From Candidatus Marinacidobacterales bacterium (GTDB lineage Bacteria > Acidobacteriota > Vicinamibacteria > Marinacidobacterales > SMYC01), in assembly GCA_965237955.1 (NCBI GenBank), contig OZ250169.1, positions 7,072,001-7,136,000 of the forward strand: 64,000 nt of DNA, given 5' to 3'. The notes below the pieces were generated by a model. That model searched no databases, had not been told where the DNA came from, and was given only the letters and a program-made list of their open reading frames with translations. The translations under genes and the position numbers were made by a program. Below, one piece after another: positions 41,574-51,601 of the stretch (within the stretch, counting starts at the first letter, position 1; each line of letters starts with the position of its first letter).

Positions 41574-44114
41574 GTGATCGGCCAAACCCTCGCCCACTAC
41601 AAGATCCTGGAGAAGATTGGCTCAGGAGGCATGGGCGAGGTCTATCTGGCCGAGGACACCAAGCTCGACCGGAAGGTCGCACTGAAAGTTCTTCCGCCCG
41701 AGATGGCCGAGAGCGAAGAGCGCCGGGCCCGGTTCAAGCGTGAAGCCAAAGCCATCGCTGCACTCAATCATCCCAACATCGTCACCGTCCACTCGGTCGA
41801 AGAAGCTGACGGTGTCCACTTCATCACGATGGAGCTGGTCCAGGGGAAGACGCTTACGGAGCTGATCCCGAAGAAGGGCCTGCCGCTGAACCAGTACTTC
41901 GAATTAGCGATTCCCCTGGCCGATGCGGTGAGTGTTGCCCACCAGAAGGGCATCATCCACCTGGATCTGAAACCCGACAACTTGATGCAGGACGAGGAGC
42001 GGCGGCTCAAGATTCTCGATTTCGGCCTCGCGAAATGGAGGCAAGAGATCCGGGAGGCAGGTCTGAGCGAGCTACCCACGCAGGCGGCTACCGGAGAAGG
42101 ACGCATTGTGGGGACGGTGGCCTACATATCTCCCGAGCAGGCGGAAGGCAAGACGGTTGATCATCGCTCCGATATCTTCTCGATTGGAATCATCCTTTAT
42201 GAGATGGCGACGGGACAACGCCCTTTCACAGGAGAAACGACCGCTTCGGTTCTTTCGTCCATCATCAAAGAGACGCCTCTTTCGGTCACCGAAGTCAATC
42301 CCGCTCTACCAAAGTCCCTGTGGAGAATCACCAGACGGTGTTTGGCCAAAGATACGGAACGTCGGTATCAGTCTGCCAAAGAGATCCGAAATGAACTGGA
42401 GGAATTGAAGGGGGAGCTGGCCTCGGGAGAGCTCGTGGAGGGAGCGGTCGTTACGAAGCGCTCTCCGGTCGTGAAATGACCTACTTCCTTCGAGAGCTAC
42501 CGAGCGACCGTCTTCGCTTCACCAACCCGATTCAGATCACCTCGGCAGCGGGCGTGGAAGACTTTCCCACGTGGTCTCCCGATGGCGAGCGCCTGGCATT
42601 TCAGTCGGAGGAGAGCGGCAATCCTGACATCTGGGTGACCCAGCTCGGAGGCGGGGGAGCGGTGAACCGAACGGTGGCTCGCGTCGAGGAAGACCAAAGT
42701 CCGAGGTGGTCTCCCGACGGGAGCCAGATTGCGTTCCTCTCGGGGACGGACGTCTTCGTCATGCCAGCGGTGGGTGGCCGGCCTCGCAAGGTGTACGCTC
42801 CGGAAAGTGCGCGTTTCATAGGTTCAATTGACTGGTCGGCGGACGGCGCCGAGCTCGCGGTCGCTTTCAGTGCACCGGAAGGGCACTTCATCGACATCTT
42901 CTCCCTCCCGTCCCAGGAGACGCGGCGAATAGCCTCTCCGAGAAGATGCTGGGACCAGAGCTGGTCTCCTGATGGGCGCTACTTCGCTTGCGTCGCCGCG
43001 GGGAATGATCGTGCGCAAAGGACAAGCCTCTACCTTTTGCCTTCCACCGGAGGTGAGCCCATCGCCGTCACCGACAGGAGCTCGGGCGAGTGGAGCCCGA
43101 GCTGGTCCTCGGATGGACGCCGGCTCTTTTTCGTCTCGAACCGCGGCGGGAGTATGGATCTCTGGCAGCAACGCATCGGGGAGGAAGGGCCGGTGGGTGC
43201 TCCGGAGCCCTTGACGGTTGGTGTCGGCATGCGAAGGGCGGCCTTTTCTCCCGACGGGACGAAGCTCGCTTACTCCAGGGGCCGGATGGTGTCGAACGTG
43301 TGGCGCGCGCCCATTCTCCGCGAACGTCCAGCGACCCGGGCCGATGCCGAGCAGATCACCATAGGCCAGGCATACACCGGCCTCGGCGACATCTCTCCTG
43401 ATGGCCGGAGACTCCTGGTGGGCCGGAATAGGGGTATCTGGGTGCTCCCCGCCGAGGGGGGGCGAGATGGCCCTATTAACGACGGATGCCCGGGAGGGAA
43501 GATGGTCGCCGGACGGACGGGAGATTGTGTTCGGGTCACGCCGCGGGGGAAACCCGGATCTCTGGGTGATGCCCGCGGAGGGGGGTCCTGCCCGGCAGCT
43601 TACTTCAGACCCAGAAGGGGATCACGATCCGACGTGGTCTCCTGACGGAACGGAGATCGCCTTTCGCTCGCTCCGGAGCGGCAACTCCGACATTTGGGTG
43701 GTCTCGGCGGATGGGGGTGAACCGCGCCAGGTGACGGATCATCCCGGAAGCGATCAAAGCCCCGCCTGGTCGCCCGACGGCAAGTGGTTGGTGTTCCAGT
43801 CCCTCGGTCGCGGGGCCGGTCTCTGGCGCATTCCCGCTAGTGGAGGGGAAGCCGAGCCTGTCGCCGAGGGCAGGGCATACCGACCTAGCTGGTCGCCCGA
43901 CGGCAAGGAGATCTACTTCGTGCGACCGACCGACATCAGCACCAACATCTGGGCGGTGTCGTTAGAGGATGGGCGCGAGTACCCGGTGACCGATTTCTCG
44001 GGACGGCACGGGAGCCTCTACGAGTTCCCCCTCGCCACGGACGGAGACTACCTGTACTTTACCTGGGGAGAAGACCTCGGCGACATCTGGGTCATGGACG
44101 TCGTGGCAGAATGA
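41574..44114 (+). pseudogene. Ser/Thr protein kinase + TolB/PD40 beta-propeller protein, split into three ORFs
   Basis: Kinase motifs GSGGMGEVY, LNHPNIV, IHLDLKPDN and DFGLAK in 41574..42479; many WSPDG repeats in 42476..43645 and 43401..44114. The expected TM linker is missing near 42480. Confidence 0.8.
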
Positions 44115-45444
44115 TCTTTACTGTCGTACCCGCTCCCTCCACGCTTTCGAGCTGAATCTCGCCTCCCAAGCTGTGGATGATGCTCCGGCAGTTGAACAGC
44201 CCCCAGTTGCCTGTAGAGACCCTGCCCTCAGCCACCGTAAACGAAGGCTCGAATATCTGGTCCAGTCGCTCCGCCGGAATCCCGTGTCCGTCGTCCTCGA
44301 CCTCGACGACGACACCGTTTTTGTTGGCGCAGGAGCGAACGTGAATCGTGCCGTTGTCGCCGATCGCGTGCCTCGCGTTCAGCAGAAGATTCGTGAACAC
44401 GGCACTCAACTGTTGTGGACGGCACCGGAAAGTTGGAAGCGGCTCGAGCTCCAGGGTGATGTCCGCGGTCTTCTCGAGCTCGGCTCTTAGAGTCTCAACG
44501 GTATCCTCGAGTAGAACACGCACGTCGACCGCCGCTTCCTCCGCCCGATCAAGATGAGTGAACCGCTGCATCCGTCCGACAACCTCGCTCAGGCGTTCGC
44601 AGGAGCGTCTGGCCGTCGTCTCGATGTCGCCCAGCACTTTCATCAGCCGGTCTGAGGGTTGCTCTCCAGCTTGCGACTTCTCGAGGGCGACAGCCAGGGT
44701 GCTCAAGTTACTTTTGATAACCCCGATGGGCGAATTGAGCTCGTGACTCAAAGCTGCCGCGAGCCGTCCTTGCGCCGCCGCACTCTTGGCGAGAGTCACC
44801 TGCGCCTGAGCTCGTAGCACTTGCTGGCGGGCCTGAAAGGCGGAGGCTCGCTGGTGGTAGACCACAGCCGTCAATCCCACAAAGATGAGCGTCACCACAA
44901 CGAGGGAGGCCAAATTCAACGGCGAAACGTCCGGAACGAATAACTTCTCTGGATAAATCGCCATCGCGCCAACGTAGGTTACGAACATCGATGACCCGAG
45001 AGCTAGAGTGTGAAGCGGCCGTAAAGGCATCGCGCCGATACTCACCAGCATCACCAGATTGATGTTCGGCGGAACGGCGTGCTCGACTCCAGGATAAGAG
45101 GCTGTCACCGCCGTTACGATGAAGATCAACGCCACGCCATAGCCGATGACACATCCGGCTAGCCGCGCGTGTTTACGTAGCCTGGGCAGGACCCAGAACG
45201 GGACCCCCACCAGGCCCGTCCCCATCAGAGCGAGATCGGGCCAAACCCAGATGTGAGACAAATATCCCAGCTTGCTCAATATCGTAGTGACCGTCAGCAT
45301 GAACCCAACCCCTACCACGGTGATGAAGACGATTGCTCTCAGGCCGACGACGGCGACCCTCGTCAACTCTTCGCGCAAGGCGGGATCCCGCTGCTCTTCT
45401 TCAGGCAGCAGATATCGTTTCCAATCGCTCCACCGGATACCCAT
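44092..45444 (-). CDS. Membrane sensor histidine kinase
   Basis: About 6 TM segments, H-box LSHELNSP, N-box NLLLNARHA, G1 VEDDGHGI and ESVEGAGT. Confidence 0.9.
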   Translation of the reverse strand: MGIRWSDWKRYLLPEEEQRDPALREELTRVAVVGLRAIVFITVVGVGFMLTVTTILSKLGYLSHIWVWPDLALMGTGLVGVPFWVLPRLRKHARLAGCVIGYGVALIFIVTAVTASYPGVEHAVPPNINLVMLVSIGAMPLRPLHTLALGSSMFVTYVGAMAIYPEKLFVPDVSPLNLASLVVVTLIFVGLTAVVYHQRASAFQARQQVLRAQAQVTLAKSAAAQGRLAAALSHELNSPIGVIKSNLSTLAVALEKSQAGEQPSDRLMKVLGDIETTARRSCERLSEVVGRMQRFTHLDRAEEAAVDVRVLLEDTVETLRAELEKTADITLELEPLPTFRCRPQQLSAVFTNLLLNARHAIGDNGTIHVRSCANKNGVVVEVEDDGHGIPAERLDQIFEPSFTVAEGRVSTGNWGLFNCRSIIHSLGGEIQLESVEGAGTTVKIILPRRP

Positions 45445-45899
45445 CGTATGCCTCCCCGGGAGTTGACCCCACGGCCAGGACATTCTAGTCCATGTATCAG
45501 AAATTGTTTTGCAATACGCATCGCCACATGGTCGAGCACAGCGCGGCGGAGCCGCAACGAAACTCATGACTTTGGAGTGGGAGCAGTCCGTCTGGCCATC
45601 GCCCGGTCAGTGAACCAGGAAGCTCGGCCGAGTCAAGGTTAGCCTCGTTTCGCTCGGCGGCTTCGCCGACCCTCGACATATTGACTCGACCTGCGCAACG
45701 GGTAGCGGTTCTGTCTCACTCAACTCCGGACGTGAGAAAAAATCGCGTTTCCCAAGGGAGATGGGGATGGTTGGTCCACACTTCTGTCAACTAGGGGGTC
45801 GGGTCCGCGCGGTACGGATTCACCCGATATCGTATCGGCGTTTCGTTGGTGCTCTATGACTAGCGCTTTAACAAGTCGGGCTGCGTGTGCTCAACGCGC

Positions 45900-47466
45900 T
45901 CACGTCGGCACGAGTGTCGATACCATCTTCGGCCTCCAGCGGAGGCGAATCCACTGCAAGATATCGTAGGTGAGGGCGACCCACAGAGATTCAGTGCGCA
46001 CTTTGGCGACTCCGCGCACGCTAAACTGCCGCAGGCCGAACTTGGTTTTGATCCAGAGATTCGGAAACTCGGCCACCTGCGAGCGTGTCTTATAGATGGC
46101 CTTGGCTTCGTCGGTCTGCATCTTCTTCCGGAACGCGGCTATGTCGGGCAAGAGTTCGCGCCGCTCGATCGAGCGGCCGTGCTGCGTACGAGGACAACAC
46201 TGCTCTTTGGCCGGACACGTCTGGCAGTCTTGCTTAGACGCCTTATATCGATAGCGCATCGTGCCATGGCTTTCCTGCTTGGCGTCGTAGCGTAAGTGCT
46301 TGCCCTGCGGGCACACATACGTGTTGGTCTGCGTATCGAAGACAAACTTCGACGCCTCGTATTCCGCTTTCACGCCGTGGTGCTTATACGACTTGCGCCG
46401 ATTGGCCTCTGCTGCCTTGTTCTCGTGGTCGGGGCCGACGAGATCGATGCCGCGCTTCGCCATCTCCGCGATGTTGTTGCTACTTAATGTAGCCTCCATC
46501 TACGACCATCTGCTCGGGCGCACGCTGCATGCTCTGCTCAATCCGTTCTATGGCCGGCGTCAGCTGCTGATAATCGCTACCGGCCTGCGTGGCATCGATG
46601 TCGACAATCAGGCCGTGTGCGGCATCCGTTGAGACTTGGACGTTGTAGTTAGGTGCGGAGCCGCCCTCGGCTTGCTTCATCACCCGCGCGTCGGGATCGG
46701 TCGTGCTCACGCAGTCTATGCGGCTTTTCGCGGCTTTCAGCTTGTCATACTCCTTCAACGCTGATTCTAGACGATCCTGTCTCTCTCGCCTGGCGCGTTG
46801 CTGCGCTGCCTGCATCTGCCGGCTCGATTCCTCCTCCGTCTGGGCGTTGAGAGTCTCTACCGCCTCACGCGCCTGCTCCAGGCACTCTTCGACCGTCGGC
46901 TTGCGGCGAAATCCACTCGACGAAGCGTTCGCGCGCACCTTCGTCCCATCCAGCATGACTCGCTCGAGCGTGATCAATCCGTCCGAACTCAGAACTCCCA
47001 GAGCTTGCACAAACAACTCGTCCAGGATCTCCCTATGAATCATCCGAAAGTCCGACAGCGTGTGCGCACTGATGCTCTGCATTCCGCTGAGCCATTGATA
47101 CGCCGGATGATGTTCGCACAGCCGCTCAACCGCGCGGGCCGAACTCACGGCTTGGCTGTAGCTGTAGACCCACAGGCTCACCAGTAGCTGAGGATCAAAC
47201 GCAGGCCGGCCTGCGCCACCCGCGACCGAGCGGACTTGATCCGTGTACCCGCTGAGATCCAGCCGACCCACGAACTCCCAGATCGCACGCGCTGGGTGAT
47301 CCTCTGGGATCAAACGCTCCACGTCGACCGTCCGCAGCAGCAGCTGCGCCCTATCGACCACCTTCAACCGAGCTTGTGTCACGCGCGCTCCCTCATCGCC
47401 GTCATCACCATCGCTGCGTTTTCGCGGACTCGGAAAGCCTGGAAGTGACGTTTGCTTATCACCCAC
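45900..47466 (-). pseudogene. IS1182-family transposase, frameshift at about 46485
   Basis: STTDPDARVMK, YNVQVSTD and VDGGY continue in ORF 45900..46499 (YVCPQG, YKTRSQVAEF, FGLRQFSVRG). Confidence 0.85.
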
Positions 47467-47772
47467 GTTTACCCCGCTTCCTCCCACGCTTTGCCTTAGG
47501 CGTCCGACGCACAATCAGTGTGTTTCGATCCTCCACCACCCACTCCAGCTCCTCGCCCGGCTCCATCTCTAGCGCCTGGGCTAAAGGTGACGGGCAAATC
47601 ACATAGAACTGACGGGTGTCGTTGGTGTTCCGCTTCAGCGGAAATGAGACTTTCTGCAAGTGACGGGTTCTCTCCCCTGCCTGGGTGAACTGCCATGGTA
47701 TCGCCACCGGGAGGATAGGGCACTGCTGGGAAGCAACCCGAGCGCCCGGTGGCCGGAATACGGTTGGCATTA

Positions 47773-48819
47773 TTACGCACTGTGTTCATGCTCCCGGGCT
47801 CCGGTATGAGCCAAACCGGATCCGCTCAAAGCGGAAAATCCCGGGGGTTCGGGGGCAGAGCCCCCGTTCGCTATGTGACAACTGGATTCTCCGAGCCGTT
47901 TGAGGTTTTCTTCGCGGCGATGCTTGCGTGCGTTCTCGAGTTTGTCGAGACGTACCTGCTTGCGCTCTTCGTGACGGAGGAGAAACCGGTCTTCGGGCGT
48001 GAGGTATTCGATTCCTGCGTGGAGCCTCTTTGCGTTGTAAATCTCTATCCATTCTCCGATGATGTCTTTCGCGTGAAGCTGATTGCGAAGCTCCTTGTCG
48101 GAGAGGCCCTCCTCGCGCAACGTGCGATGAAATCGCTCGATTGCACCGTTGGACTGCGGATGATGAATGCGAATACGAATCTGCTTCAATGAGAAGTGCT
48201 TGATGAGTTTGCGGAAGTCCTTGCTGGTAAATTGGCTGCCGTTGTCGTTGACAATCTGGGGCCGTTCTCCAGGGTAGCGCTCCAGTGCTGCATGGACCAC
48301 ATCCGTCACTTCGGCGGCGGTCATGCGCGACAGCAGTTCCCAGTACACGATGTAGCGCGAGAAGCCGTCCAGCACTCCGATGAAGAAATACCACCGTCCC
48401 GCGATCCACAGGTACATCAAGTCCGTATGCCAGCGTTCGTGGGGGCGTTTCGGAAGTTCGGGCTTGCGGCCTACGGACGGTGTGGCATTCCACCTTGCGA
48501 GCAAATCGTTCCGGTCCAGAATGCGGTACACGCTGCTCGGGCTCAGGCAAACGACATCCTCGTCCACCATCATCCAGCACAGCCGCCGGTAGCCGTCCCG
48601 TGGGTGTGCTAAAGCATAGACCGTCACCGCCTCCTCCTCTTCGGCAAGCACCTGGTCCAAGTCTGGTGCCTTGGGCTTGATGTCCTCCAGCGCTCCCTCC
48701 TTGCGCCTCTTTTGCCAGCGGTAGTACAGCGAGCGAGAGAGCCCGAGCTTCGAGACAACCCATTCCAGCTTCACCCGGCTTCTCTCCATCGTCTGCTCGA
48801 TACAATCCAAAATCCTCAA
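47773..48819 (-). CDS. IS3-family transposase OrfB (DDE integrase core)
   Basis: WHTDLMY, LDGFSRYIV, NDNGSQFTS and PQSNGAIERFHRT. Confidence 0.9.
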   Translation of the reverse strand: MRILDCIEQTMERSRVKLEWVVSKLGLSRSLYYRWQKRRKEGALEDIKPKAPDLDQVLAEEEEAVTVYALAHPRDGYRRLCWMMVDEDVVCLSPSSVYRILDRNDLLARWNATPSVGRKPELPKRPHERWHTDLMYLWIAGRWYFFIGVLDGFSRYIVYWELLSRMTAAEVTDVVHAALERYPGERPQIVNDNGSQFTSKDFRKLIKHFSLKQIRIRIHHPQSNGAIERFHRTLREEGLSDKELRNQLHAKDIIGEWIEIYNAKRLHAGIEYLTPEDRFLLRHEERKQVRLDKLENARKHRREENLKRLGESSCHIANGGSAPEPPGFSALSGSGLAHTGAREHEHSA

Positions 48820-48851
48820 CTTCTCGTGCGGCTCGAAACGACACCGGTCGA

Positions 48852-49145
48852 CTAGCTTCCAAGCGTTTTTTTTAGGTCCAGATTCTCCATGGTGATCTCT
48901 ACCACCACCGATTTCATCCTCTCAAGCTCTTGACGCAGCTTCTCCTCGCGGCGAGACGCCTTCTCCTTCTTGCCATTCTGAAATGATTCCAGTGTCGCCT
49001 CCTCCGATTGTTTCAGCCACTGATAGTACTGCCCTGTATTCAATGCGTGGCGCCGACACACCTCGGACACCGTCGCACCACTCTCCTGGCACTCCTTGAG
49101 TATCTGCAGCTTCTCCTTCGCTGACCAACGTTTCCTGCCGTCCAT
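48852..49145 (-). CDS. IS3-family OrfA (HTH), with an A8 slippery site linking it to OrfB
   Basis: KRWSAKEKLQIL...VSEVCRRH...YYQW; ends LKKTLGS over an AAAAAAAAC tract. Confidence 0.88.
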   Translation of the reverse strand: MDGRKRWSAKEKLQILKECQESGATVSEVCRRHALNTGQYYQWLKQSEEATLESFQNGKKEKASRREEKLRQELERMKSVVVEITMENLDLKKTLGS

Positions 49146-49574
49146 CTCTGCCTTCTCCCTTCGTTGAGTATAAGACAGAGGCGAAAACCGTCACTTACTA
49201 CGACCCCCAAAAGTCTCATTTTGGCTGAACCAATACAGTTGGCTCGCTTGATCACCTGCAGCTTTGTCACGTATCCCATGCTGGTCACTCTATAACATAG
49301 CTGTACAGCTAGTTAAGCTTAATTTTTTATCACGTCCTCTGCCCGGGCAGAGTTGAGCGTGAGCTCGCGAAGAAAAAGATCACTTTGTGCTTGACAGCTT
49401 TTTGAAGGCGTGTTGGAAAAAAGTGTGCGCGCGATCTCTAGTGCGTCTGTGCGCGGCGTAAAGCAACGATAGTCGCCTTGTTTTCGCTGTCGAGACTTCG
49501 CAAGACCGTTGACGTCTTTGCGTTTGACAGGCGCGAACTGAGTGTGACGAAAAACTCCATGCTATAAGAAACAC

Positions 49575-50660
49575 ATGAACAACATAGACGAATTGAGATC
49601 GCTTTCCGACGACGAGTTGCTTCATCGTGTGTCGGATTTGTTAGCGCAGTCGCGACGTGTCGAGTGGGTTCTTGTCGCACACATCGCGGAAGTCGATGCA
49701 CGTCGACTCTATGCTCGCGAAGCTTCGCCGTCGATGATTCACCACTGCATGGATGTGTTGCATTTGTCGGAAGGGGAAGCTTATCGGCGCATCGCCGCAG
49801 CTCGGCTGTCACGCAAGTATCCGGTGATCCTTACGATGCTCAAGGACGGACGCCTTCACTTGTGCGGTATCGGAGTGCTGTCCAAGCACCTGAGTGACGC
49901 CAACTACGAAGACGTCTTGGCCAAAGCCACGCACAAGAGCAAACGTGAGCTCGAAAAGCTCGTGGCCGAGTTGGCTCCGAAACCGGATGTTGCGCCGACG
50001 ATTCGTAAGCGGCCGCAACGCAAAGCGAAGGCGGCGCCTCCCGAATCGTCGAACGAGCTCTGCCCGGACAGAGGTGAGCAAAATGCTCCCCCAGTCGAGC
50101 CCGCCCCTCCACAAGCCCCTGAAAAACCGGCAACGGTCGAGCCTCTGGCGAAAGCGCGCTACAAAGTCGAGTTCACGGCGAGCGAGGAGCTCCGCGACAA
50201 GCTCAAACGGCTCGAGGCGCTCATGCCGGGAAGCGACCTCGCGTCCATCATAGACGCGGCCGTGTCCGAAAAACTCGAGCGCGTCGAGGCCAAACGCTTC
50301 GGTAAGACCAACAAGCCGAGAAAAAGCCTTGAAGCAGCTGATACCTCGTCGGGTGTGCGCGGCATCTCGGCCCCAGTCCGGCGTTTCGTCTGCGAACGTG
50401 ACGGGGACCAATGCACGTTCGAAAGCCCTGACGGCAAACGATGCCCCGAGCGTGACAGGCTGGAGTTCCATCACGACGAACCCTGCGGACTAGGCGGAGA
50501 CCGAAGCGCGAAGAACGTCCGGCTCCTCTGTAAATTACACAACGCCTATATGGCTGAGCTCGACTACGGCAAAGAAAAGATGGACCAGTACCGGCGCTCC
50601 GCCGACCGCGTCTCGGAACCTCAACCCACACTCGAACTCTGCCCGGGCAGAGTTGCGTAA
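49575..50660 (+). CDS. DUF222-like/HNH endonuclease, intact
   Basis: N-terminal LVAHIAEVDARRLY...LSEGEAYRRIAAAR; C-terminal RDGDQC...C...FHHDE...NVRLLCKLHN. Confidence 0.85.
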   Translation: MNNIDELRSLSDDELLHRVSDLLAQSRRVEWVLVAHIAEVDARRLYAREASPSMIHHCMDVLHLSEGEAYRRIAAARLSRKYPVILTMLKDGRLHLCGIGVLSKHLSDANYEDVLAKATHKSKRELEKLVAELAPKPDVAPTIRKRPQRKAKAAPPESSNELCPDRGEQNAPPVEPAPPQAPEKPATVEPLAKARYKVEFTASEELRDKLKRLEALMPGSDLASIIDAAVSEKLERVEAKRFGKTNKPRKSLEAADTSSGVRGISAPVRRFVCERDGDQCTFESPDGKRCPERDRLEFHHDEPCGLGGDRSAKNVRLLCKLHNAYMAELDYGKEKMDQYRRSADRVSEPQPTLELCPGRVA

Positions 50661-50958
50661 ACTCCACCGCCACCCAGGCACCGCGCGGTCTCCAACCCCA
50701 GAGCCCCGACCACAGGGATCGCCACGGCGTGGAGTTTACGACTTGGTTGCTGCTAGCTGTGTTGCACACGGAGGAAAAACGAGAGCGCCGGGCGAGCATC
50801 GCATGCTTCACTGCTTCACTGCGGCACTCGGGAGTCAAACGAGCTCGGTGAGCTCTTCTCCCTCTGTTTTCAGCGAACCTTGACCGCGCACGCTCGTTTA
50901 GACTTTCGTCAGTAATCAAGGATCCAGGGGACTGGATTCCTTGTTAATAAGGTTGCGA

Positions 50959-51580
50959 ATGACCCTCAACTCCGGAACCCGCCTCGGCCCGTATGAAATC
51001 CTGTCGCCGATTGGCAAGCGTACAGGGCGAGGTCTACAAGGCCCGCGATCTCAAGCTGGGACGCCAGGAAGCCCGCGCCGCGTCAGCCTTGAATCATCCC
51101 AACATCGTCACGATCTACGAGATCGGCGAGCACGACGGCATGCCGTACATCGCGGTGGAGTACGTGGACGGCAAGACGTTGAGGGAGGTGCTCGCGGGTG
51201 GTCCGCTTCCTAACGACAAGCTCATCCGCTACGCGGCTCAGATGGCCGAGGGTCTTGCGAAAGCGCATCAGGCGGGGATAGTTCACCGTGACTTGAAGCC
51301 CGCGAACACCATTATTAGTGACGACGAGGTATATCAAGATCCTAGACTTTGGTCTCGCCAAGTTGATGCCGCAGAGCTCCGGCGTCGATCCCGAGATGGC
51401 GACGATGACGAAAGCGACGCGGGCGGGCACTCTTCTGGGCACGGTGCAGTACATGTCGCCGAGCAGGCCTCCGGCCGTCGCGTCGATTATCGTTCGGACC
51501 AGTTCTCGTTCGCGTCGATCCTCTACGAGATGATGACGGGAAGGCTCGCCTTTCAAAAGGGCGTTTCGAATGTCATGAAC
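50959..51580 (+). pseudogene. Degraded Ser/Thr protein kinase
   Basis: GTRLGPYEILSPIG, ALNHPNIV, HRDLKPAN, KILDFGLAK and GTVQYMSP are spread over several frames; 3'-truncated. Confidence 0.85.
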
Positions 51581-51601
51581 TCCAGCCCCCTTCCTCCCTG
51601 G

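Larger units (their letters stand above)
47626..49237 (-). mobile_element. IS3-family insertion sequence inside the AbrB-like gene of IS1182 copy 2
   Basis: TG...CA ends; inverted repeats TGTTCCGCTTCAGCGGAAATGAGACTTT / TGTATTGGTTCAGCCAAAATGAGACTTT; GTTGG duplicated at 47621-47625 and 49238-49242. Confidence 0.9.
45728..49337 (-). mobile_element. IS1182-family element (about 2.0 kb) with AbrB-like passenger gene, interrupted by an IS3-family element
   Basis: Inverted repeats GGACGTGAGAAAAAAT / ATTTTTTATCACGTCC; flanks TCC and TCT; inserted in a palindrome. Confidence 0.88.

Noticed and set aside
45625-45700. Integron attC site (CGAGTCAA...TTGACTCG hairpin)
   Set aside because: No integrase or cassette array, and the R-box pattern is unconvincing. 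More likely a REP-like hairpin.
49360-50660. HNH gene as IscB/HEARO-like RNA-guided nuclease with an upstream ncRNA
   Set aside because: No PLMP or split RuvC motifs are visible, and I cannot support a conserved RNA structure upstream. A covariance search would be needed.
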